A stretch of DNA of 64,000 bases, from contig DATKZF010000003.1 in assembly GCA_035528115.1 (NCBI GenBank), positions 22,699 to 86,698 of the forward strand. The letters run 5' to 3'. This document shows, one piece after another, positions 57,763-64,000 of the stretch (the stretch's first letter is position 1; each line of letters begins with the position of its first letter). The position numbers were made by a program, and so were the translations under genes. This DNA is from Candidatus Bipolaricaulota bacterium. GTDB taxonomy: Bacteria > Patescibacteriota > Patescibacteriia > UBA11705 > DATKZF01. The notes beneath the pieces were generated by a model. The model did not search any database and was not told where the DNA came from. It saw nothing but the letters and a program-made list of their open reading frames with translations.

Positions 57763-60398
57763 TTATTTCTTCTGATAAAAATATATTTGGCTATTTCTAT
57801 ACCAACAACTTTTATCGCGGACAAAGCCACCAACATTAGCCAATCAAAACCGTTCAAAGGAATGAAACTGAAAATATTTTGAGTCACCGGAACGTAAATC
57901 GGAGCCGCGAGCATTAACGTCCCGAAAGCGACCGCAACCAAAAGCCATTTATTTGACCAAAGCTTTATTTTCAAAATGGATTGCGTCAAACTGCGGCAAC
58001 TGAAAATGTAAAACATGGTGTCGAGGCCGAGCGCGGCAAACATGAATGTTCTCAAATGCCCGATTTCTATTTTGGCGATATTGTAAAGATACAGGAACAA
58101 TCCAAACAACACCAGATCGGTTAGAATTCCTATAATAAAAATAATTACCGTCATTTCTTTATCCAAAATCTTCGCGGTTTTTTTCTGCGGCGGCTCTAGC
58201 ATCACGCCCTTTTCTTCTTTCTCTTGCGTCAGGGAAGCCGCCGGGAAACTGTCACTGACCAAATTAACCCATAAAATTTGCGCCGCGGTCAGCGGCAAGG
58301 GCAAGCCGAACAACAAACTGCCGAAAAGAAGCACCACCTCGGTGAAAGAATCCGTCAACAAATAAACCACGACTTTTTTTATATTGGCAAAAATGACTCT
58401 GCCCTCTTTAATGGCATGGACGATAGTCGCCAAATTATTGTTCAATAAAATCAGATCGGCGGTTTGCTTGGTAATTTCCGAACCGGCGCCGACCGCGATG
58501 CCGATATCCGCCGCCTTTAAAGCCGGCGCGTCATTGACGCCGTCGCCCGTCATGGCCACCACTTCTCCGACAGCTTGGTATGCTTGAACTATTTTATATT
58601 TATCGACAGGGCTGACTCTGGCGAAAACATTGATGCTTGATATTTCTTTTTTCAAATTAGCCGCGGAAAGCTTGGCCAGCCGCTCCCCGTTCATCACGCT
58701 TTTTTCAGTAACCGAGAGTCCGATTTCCTTGGCGATGGCCGTAGCGGTCAGCACGTGATCTCCGGTAATCATCACTATTTTTATGCCGGCTCGCTCAATT
58801 GTTTTCACCGTTTTTTTCACGTCTTTTCTCAAGGCGTCGGAAATTATGAAATAACCCAAAAACACAAAATTGCCATTTTGGGAAATGCCGTTTTTCCCAA
58901 TCTCCTGATCTTTGTACGCCGCGGCCAAAACGCGATAACCGGATTTACCGAACACGACGAATTTATCGGTCAATTGACGGCGAATGTCTTCGGTCAGCCG
59001 CTCGGCTCGAGCATTTTGATAATGCGAACATTTTTTTAAAACCACTTCCGGCGCGCCCTTGCAAAAGACTCTGTTCGAACCGGATGAAAGTTTGTTCAAA
59101 GTGAACATGATTTTGGTTTTTGAAGAAAAAGGAACTTCGGAAATTCTGGCATATTTTTTCTGCCAGAGCTGGACATTCAGTTTGCTCGACGCGGCCGCGA
59201 AAAAAATGGCTTTTTCAGTCGGAGAACCGATAATTTTCCATTGACTCATTCTTTTTTTCGGATCAATCACCGCCGAATTATTGCACAAGACTCCTGCTTG
59301 AAACAAAAATTTTTCAACTTCATTCAAGCGATGACCGTCAAGCTTCAAATCTCTTGAAAAAGTGCTGATGGTCGTCACTTTCATGATGCCCGTTGTCAAA
59401 GTGCCTGTTTTATCAACGCATAAAACCGAAGTGCTGCCCAAGGTTTCCGCGGATACCAGTTTTCTGACCAAAGCTTTTTTCTTTAAAATTCTCTGCATGC
59501 CCGTGGCCAAAACCACGGTCATGGCCACGGGCAAGCCTTCCGGAATGGCGGAAACCGCCGAAGCCACGGACACGGCGAATATTTCAACAAAATCCCTGCC
59601 GGATAAAAGCCCGAACACGAAAATTATCAAAACCAAGGAAATCAAAGCCAAACCTATTTTTCTGCCAAAGGATCTGAGCTGAATTTGAAAAGGCGTCATT
59701 TCCTCTTCCGTTTTTTGCAAAATATCGGCGATTTGTCCGACTTTGGTTTTCATGCCGGTATTGACCACCACGGCCAACCCTGTGCCCTGAGCGATCAGAG
59801 TGCCCATGAAAACCATATTTTTTTGATCGCCGGTAATTAAATTTTTCTTGACCAGCGCCTGAGTAGTCTTAATCACCGGCGCGGCCTCTCCTGTTAAAAT
59901 GGCCTCCTGCGTTTGCAATTGATTGACTTCTATCAACCTGGCGTCCGCCGGCACTTTATTGCCCGCCTCAAGGTACAAAATATCTCCGGGCACGATCTCT
60001 TCCGATTCTATTTCCATTCTGTTCCCCGCTCGATACACCACGGCTTTTAATTTCAAAAACTTTTTCAATTCAAATAGCGATCGCTGAGCCTTGCTTTCTT
60101 GGATATAACCAACCAGAACATTCACGAAAACCGCGGCCAAAATCACGCCGAAATCCACCCATTCGGAAAATAACGCGGAAATCCCGGCGGCCGCGAGCAA
60201 AATTAAAATCAGCACGGATTTAAACTGTGAAAAAAACAATTTCAGCTCAGGCAACGGTCGCTCTTCCGACAATTTGTTAAATCCTTTGCTTTTCAATCTG
60301 GCTTTCGCTTCCCCGACCTCAAGGCCGCTTTTTTTTGTTTTTATTTGCTCGAAAATTTCTTGGACGGATAAATCGTACCAAGTTTTTTCTTTGGCCAT
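57759..60398 (-). CDS. cation-transporting P-type ATPase (Ca2+/Mg2+ type, P2 family)
   Basis: 879 aa; phosphorylation motif CVDKTGTLT; TGES region; MITGDHVLTA; GDGVNDAPALK; 10 TM segments. Confidence 0.85.
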   Translation of the reverse strand: MAKEKTWYDLSVQEIFEQIKTKKSGLEVGEAKARLKSKGFNKLSEERPLPELKLFFSQFKSVLILILLAAAGISALFSEWVDFGVILAAVFVNVLVGYIQESKAQRSLFELKKFLKLKAVVYRAGNRMEIESEEIVPGDILYLEAGNKVPADARLIEVNQLQTQEAILTGEAAPVIKTTQALVKKNLITGDQKNMVFMGTLIAQGTGLAVVVNTGMKTKVGQIADILQKTEEEMTPFQIQLRSFGRKIGLALISLVLIIFVFGLLSGRDFVEIFAVSVASAVSAIPEGLPVAMTVVLATGMQRILKKKALVRKLVSAETLGSTSVLCVDKTGTLTTGIMKVTTISTFSRDLKLDGHRLNEVEKFLFQAGVLCNNSAVIDPKKRMSQWKIIGSPTEKAIFFAAASSKLNVQLWQKKYARISEVPFSSKTKIMFTLNKLSSGSNRVFCKGAPEVVLKKCSHYQNARAERLTEDIRRQLTDKFVVFGKSGYRVLAAAYKDQEIGKNGISQNGNFVFLGYFIISDALRKDVKKTVKTIERAGIKIVMITGDHVLTATAIAKEIGLSVTEKSVMNGERLAKLSAANLKKEISSINVFARVSPVDKYKIVQAYQAVGEVVAMTGDGVNDAPALKAADIGIAVGAGSEITKQTADLILLNNNLATIVHAIKEGRVIFANIKKVVVYLLTDSFTEVVLLFGSLLFGLPLPLTAAQILWVNLVSDSFPAASLTQEKEEKGVMLEPPQKKTAKILDKEMTVIIFIIGILTDLVLFGLFLYLYNIAKIEIGHLRTFMFAALGLDTMFYIFSCRSLTQSILKIKLWSNKWLLVAVAFGTLMLAAPIYVPVTQNIFSFIPLNGFDWLMLVALSAIKVVGIEIAKYIFIRRNK

Positions 60399-60463
60399 AT
60401 TTGATTATATTTTAACACATCGGTTTGTTTTTTTCATTAACTTATTAACTTTTTAAAATTTAA

Positions 60464-60488
60464 AAACTGTTGAAACTTTCAACAGTTT
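60464..60488. terminator. perfect 12-bp palindrome aaactgttgaaa-c-tttcaacagttt
   Basis: lies directly downstream of the high-GC ORF 60498..60848. Confidence 0.5.
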
Positions 60489-60497
60489 GTAGGCCTC

Positions 60498-60848
60498 CTA
60501 GTCGTCGTACGACGGCGGCGGGGCGAAATCTTCGACCTGCTGATCGATGGGAACTTCATCCCCGTCTGCCGGCAACGGCGGCGGCATGACCTCCTCCGCC
60601 TCGACCTCCTCGACCGCCTCAGGCGACTGATCCGCTCTCTCCGAAGATTTCGACACGGTCAGGCGCGTCGACGTGCCGATCGCGAGCTCGACAACGTAGC
60701 CTTCGTTTCTCAGGCCTTCGGCCAGAGCATTGGCTTCATCTTCAGTGATGGAAATGAAACCAATCGCAAGCGGCTTTTCCCCCCGCAATGACAGCCAGAC
60801 ACCGATCCTCCAATCGGCATACGCCCGATAATATCGAAGTCTATACAT
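60498..60848 (-). CDS. high-GC hypothetical protein with acidic Pro-rich tail (PPPLP, PPPSY)
   Basis: 116 aa; about 60% GC versus about 40% around it; SD aaggagg before ATG; adjacent to the 3' side of tRNA-Lys. Confidence 0.45.
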   Translation of the reverse strand: MYRLRYYRAYADWRIGVWLSLRGEKPLAIGFISITEDEANALAEGLRNEGYVVELAIGTSTRLTVSKSSERADQSPEAVEEVEAEEVMPPPLPADGDEVPIDQQVEDFAPPPSYDD

Positions 60849-61049
60849 GACTGTCCTCCTTGCCCGATTTTGGGCTGTTTCATATATATCTTAATATATA
60901 AATGAATTTTGTCAAATAAAAAAACAAACCTTAACGGTTTGTGACTTCGCCTCATTCAAATAATAGCATTACCGGATATATTCTCCGCTACTCATAGTAT
61001 GGCCGCGCCATCCGAAGCTCCGACGAACGGAGCGAGGAGGAGCGAAGGA

Positions 61050-61126
61050 TGGTGGGTCCTCTGGGATTCGAACCCAGGACGCCCAGCTTAAAAGGCTGGC
61101 GCTCTAACCGACTGAGCTAAGGACCC
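61050..61126 (-). tRNA. tRNA-Lys(TTT)
   Basis: acceptor GGGTCCT/AGGACCC; D arm GCTCAGTCGGTTAGAGC; anticodon stem-loop CCAGC-CTTTTAA-GCTGG; T arm CTGGGTTCGAATCCCAG; CCA encoded. Confidence 0.8.
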
Positions 61127-61251
61127 AAATAATCAAATCCTAAATCCTAATCTCTAAATACTAAACAAATTACAATATTCCAAATCTCAAATAAGCTCCA
61201 AATCCAAAATTCCAATACTGAATAAAATTATAAGGCACTTTTCACGGGTTG

Positions 61252-62319
61252 TCAATGCTTTTGGGCTGTTTTAGTCACTTTTTCAATAATTGCTTGATAT
61301 GAGGCATTGGCGTTTTTGGACAATATTTCGCCAATGTTTTTTGACAATTTTTGCCGCTCAGGGTCATTTTCAATCAATGCCTTTATTTCTTCTTTCAATT
61401 TTCGGACGGTCAAATCTCTTTCGGTCAAAACCTCGGCCGCTTCATGTTTTAAAAAATATTCGGAGTTCTTGATCTGATCTTTATTGGGCAAAGGAATCAA
61501 AATCGCGGGCTTGCCCAAAGCGGACAATTCCGTCAAAGCTCCAAAACCCGCTCTGGAAATGACCAAGTCCGCGACCGCGTACGCGTCAGCCAAATCTTCA
61601 TTCAAAAATTCAAAAGAATGATATCTTTGACTTTTGAAATCAATATTTTTACCCGGTCCGGTGACATGAATCACTTGGCAAAATTCAACCAATTCCGGCA
61701 AAGTTTGATTGATGATGTTGTTGATCGCCGTTGACCCCGTGCCGCCGCCGAGAACCAAAACGACGGGCAAGCCATTTTCCAAACCGAACCTTTCGGCCGC
61801 GGAATCCCTTGAACCTGAAAAAATATTTTTTCTAACCGGATTGCCGATGACAATCGTTTTTTTCTCGGAAAATTCTTTTTTTAATATTTCCAAACTGACG
61901 GTAATGATCGAAGCCAAAGGAGCCATTAATTTATTGGCCAGGCCGACCGTAAGATCCTGCTGATGAACAATGATTCTTTTTCTCAAGACAAATCCCGCGA
62001 AAGCCACGGGCACGCAGACGAAACCTCCGGCGGTTAAAATAAGATCGGGCTTGAATTTCAATATGACGAGCAAACTTTGAAAAAATCCGGCCGCAAAAAG
62101 AAAAGGAGCGGCCAATGTTTTCCAACTGAAATATCTTCTCAATTTCGCCGAACTTATGTCTTGGAACTTAACGCCCGCTTTTTCCACCACTCGCCTTTCC
62201 GGCCCGTTTTTCGTGCCCAGCCATAAAAACTCGGCCTCCTTCGACCGTAAATCGTCTTTAATGGCGATAAGCGGCATAACCGAACCCATTGTTCCTCCGC
62301 CGGACAGTAGTATTTTCAT
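61252..62319 (-). CDS. murG: UDP-GlcNAc:undecaprenyl-PP-MurNAc-pentapeptide GlcNAc transferase MurG
   Basis: N-terminal G-loop MKILLSGGGTMGSV; GT28 C-terminal domain (VLVLGGGTGSTAIN); start set at MKILL. Confidence 0.85.
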   Translation of the reverse strand: MKILLSGGGTMGSVMPLIAIKDDLRSKEAEFLWLGTKNGPERRVVEKAGVKFQDISSAKLRRYFSWKTLAAPFLFAAGFFQSLLVILKFKPDLILTAGGFVCVPVAFAGFVLRKRIIVHQQDLTVGLANKLMAPLASIITVSLEILKKEFSEKKTIVIGNPVRKNIFSGSRDSAAERFGLENGLPVVLVLGGGTGSTAINNIINQTLPELVEFCQVIHVTGPGKNIDFKSQRYHSFEFLNEDLADAYAVADLVISRAGFGALTELSALGKPAILIPLPNKDQIKNSEYFLKHEAAEVLTERDLTVRKLKEEIKALIENDPERQKLSKNIGEILSKNANASYQAIIEKVTKTAQKH

Positions 62320-62446
62320 AAGATTATCAGTGATCAATAAATAGTAATGAATAATTTAAAAGGTGGTAGCTTATTAGCTTTTTAGGTTGTAGGTGGCCAC
62401 CTAACCAGCTAAGAAGCTACAACCTACAAGCTCGATCTAAAATAGC

Positions 62447-63169
62447 TCAACTGCCGTGCGCCAGCGCTAAAGCGCGCACTTCCTTGACCCCCGCGGCCTT
62501 TAACGACTTGGCCGCTTCGTTCATTGTTTGACCGGTGGTGAACACATCGTCAAATAAAAAAACTTTTTCAATCGCCGCTCCTTCGCGGGCGGAAAAAGCT
62601 TCCTTTATATTCTCAAAACGCTCGCTTTTAGTCAAATTGGCTTGATGAGCGGTGTTTTTTATCCGACAAAGCAAATCCGGACGAAAATTCATGTGCAACG
62701 CTTCGGCCACCTTTCGAGCGATCAATTCGGATTGATTAAATCCTCTTTCCAAAAATCTTTTTCGGTAAAGCGGAATCGGTATAATGATCTGATCGAACAG
62801 CGACGGAGAAATGTTTGATGACACAACGGCGTCAACGAACAATTTGGACAAATCAGCGGCCGCCTCCTCGACATAATCGAATTTGAGCAGTCTAATCAAT
62901 TCTTTGATCGCCCCATCGTATTTACCCATCACGAAAACGCCGTCCAAAAAAAATTCATTGCCGCATAATGGACAAAGTCGATTATCCGGCTTCGCCGGGC
63001 GGCCGCAAACAACGCATTGGTTTTCATTCGAAAAATCAATGGTTTTAAAACATTTTTTACACAAAAAAGATCCCTCCTCTTTGCAAACAACGCATTCTTT
63101 CGGAAAAACCAAATCCCAGAGGAGGGAGAATATTTTTTTAAACGGATTTTTATTGCCAATAAGCCGCAT
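62447..63169 (-). CDS. comF: ComF family protein (phosphoribosyltransferase domain)
   Basis: 240 aa; N-terminal Cys-rich zinc-finger pairs; PRTase motif VFLFDDVFTTGQT. Confidence 0.75.
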   Translation of the reverse strand: MRLIGNKNPFKKIFSLLWDLVFPKECVVCKEEGSFLCKKCFKTIDFSNENQCVVCGRPAKPDNRLCPLCGNEFFLDGVFVMGKYDGAIKELIRLLKFDYVEEAAADLSKLFVDAVVSSNISPSLFDQIIIPIPLYRKRFLERGFNQSELIARKVAEALHMNFRPDLLCRIKNTAHQANLTKSERFENIKEAFSAREGAAIEKVFLFDDVFTTGQTMNEAAKSLKAAGVKEVRALALAHGS

Positions 63170-63743
63170 TGATTAACCATTCGCCGTTAACTTTCACGAA
63201 GGCCAATTTTAAATCTTGGTTAAAAACGCGAATTTCGCCATCCTTGGTTTCTTTTCTCTGAGTGGAGACGATAATAACCGCGCTGCTATCGCTTTGACTT
63301 TCAATTTTGGCTATCGGCGCGATGGTGGTTACTCCGTAATATACCTCGTCGGCAGCGTATTGAGCGGACAACTTTTTTTTCTGAGCGACCAACCAATCCT
63401 GCATTTGAGGCGTTGACAGCGCGGCCAAATCGTCCAAATTGGAAAATGAGCCTTGATTGGAAAAGCTGCCGAATCTTTCCGCGAATATTTTCGCGATATT
63501 CTGAGCCTGTTCAATGCCTTTTTCCTCAGCGGTCATCTCAGGCAAATCAAATGCCGGCCTATTTTCCACGGGCACGATCTGCTCTCTCGCGGGCGGCTTG
63601 GTTTCATCGATCACGCCCGGCTCGACAGGTTCTTGCCCCGCGTTTCTGAAGTATAAGAAGCCGAAAATTATGGCGCCGATGATTAAAACCGCGATAACTA
63701 CTAGAATTATAATTTTGGTTCCGATTGAATATTTTTCCATCAT
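63150..63743 (-). CDS. hypothetical membrane-anchored protein
   Basis: 197 aa; N-terminal TM (IIILVVIAVLIIGAIIFGFLYF). Confidence 0.4.
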   Translation of the reverse strand: MMEKYSIGTKIIILVVIAVLIIGAIIFGFLYFRNAGQEPVEPGVIDETKPPAREQIVPVENRPAFDLPEMTAEEKGIEQAQNIAKIFAERFGSFSNQGSFSNLDDLAALSTPQMQDWLVAQKKKLSAQYAADEVYYGVTTIAPIAKIESQSDSSAVIIVSTQRKETKDGEIRVFNQDLKLAFVKVNGEWLINAAYWQ

Positions 63744-63758
63744 ATTTTAATCAATTAT

Positions 63759-64000
63759 TTAACTCGCTTTGGGTTTTAGTTGTTCCGGCGATTGAGTCTC
63801 GCCGCCGCGCCTTGAAGCCAATTCCTCTTCCATTTCCTTTCTCATCCTCTCTATTTCCAAAAGTTGCTGGGGATCGGAAGTGATCAATTGGTCTTCCATG
63901 CCCGAAGCCACCACCTTAATGGCCGCGTGCCGGTCGCCGGCGAAAAAGATGCCTTCGCCCACTCCGCCTTCAAGCAATAAATATCTTTCGCCTTCGGTCA
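63759..64000 (-). CDS. partial CDS (3' part only; continues beyond the window)
   Basis: open reverse frame from stop 63759 to the window edge. Confidence 0.3.
   Translation of the reverse strand, partial: TEGERYLLLEGGVGEGIFFAGDRHAAIKVVASGMEDQLITSDPQQLLEIERMRKEMEEELASRRGGETQSPEQLKPKAS

Noticed and set aside
60498-60848. PPPSY motif as evidence of a eukaryote-targeting WW-domain ligand
   Set aside because: It is a single short motif in a low-complexity acidic tail, and chance occurrence is likely. Mentioned only descriptively.

Overview
This window is a low-GC (about 40%) bacterial chromosome segment. Its housekeeping gene set and its T4SS-pilin-like and IVS-type proteins suggest a Patescibacteria/CPR-like organism, but that lineage call is inference only. 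Core genes include dnaB, ybaB, recR, rplU, an MraY/WecA-family transferase, two Clp ATPases, dNK, uvrD, queH, gatCA, ligA, gap, rseP, murI, a PGM/PMM, lemA, htpX, radA, mpg, recG, ftsEX, rlpA, murG, comF, a P-type ATPase and six tRNAs. Several unusual regions stand out, listed below.

- **Cassette array at the recR 3' end (2821-7500).** The last ~36 nt of recR are repeated four times as direct repeats delimiting inserted gene cassettes. Copies 2 and 3 differ from the native terminus only by synonymous substitutions. An AT-rich sub-island within it carries a SIR2-like (SIR2_2) gene. No integrase is present in the window.
- **High-GC foreign island (22005-28050, about 65% GC).** It encodes a small hypothetical protein, a 1333-aa lipoprotein packed with MopE-type CxxxDDDCDGxxDE metal-binding repeats, and a Cys-rich-repeat lipoprotein. 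It is driven by a host-style TTGACT-17-TATTAT promoter and ends in two copies of one terminator.
- **tRNA-Ser array with an interrupted copy.** A tandem duplicated tRNA-Ser(GCT) has one copy carrying a structured 74-nt insertion inside the T-loop.
- **Tandem pilin-amidase paralogs.** Two secreted proteins share a Cys-rich domain plus T4SS-pilin-like TM hairpin (near-identical at DNA level, suggesting gene conversion) and each carries its own diverged C-terminal Amidase_2 domain.
- **Small dispersed repeats.** At least five families of MITE-like elements with terminal inverted repeats populate most intergenic regions. One conserved module sits at a fixed position upstream of dnaB, gap and a secreted-protein operon.
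- **Other oddities.** A membrane-anchored Clp ATPase with a zinc ribbon replacing the Clp_N domain, rRNA-IVS-type four-helix-bundle and GxxExxY genes with no rRNA nearby, and a second small high-GC ORF inserted next to tRNA-Lys.
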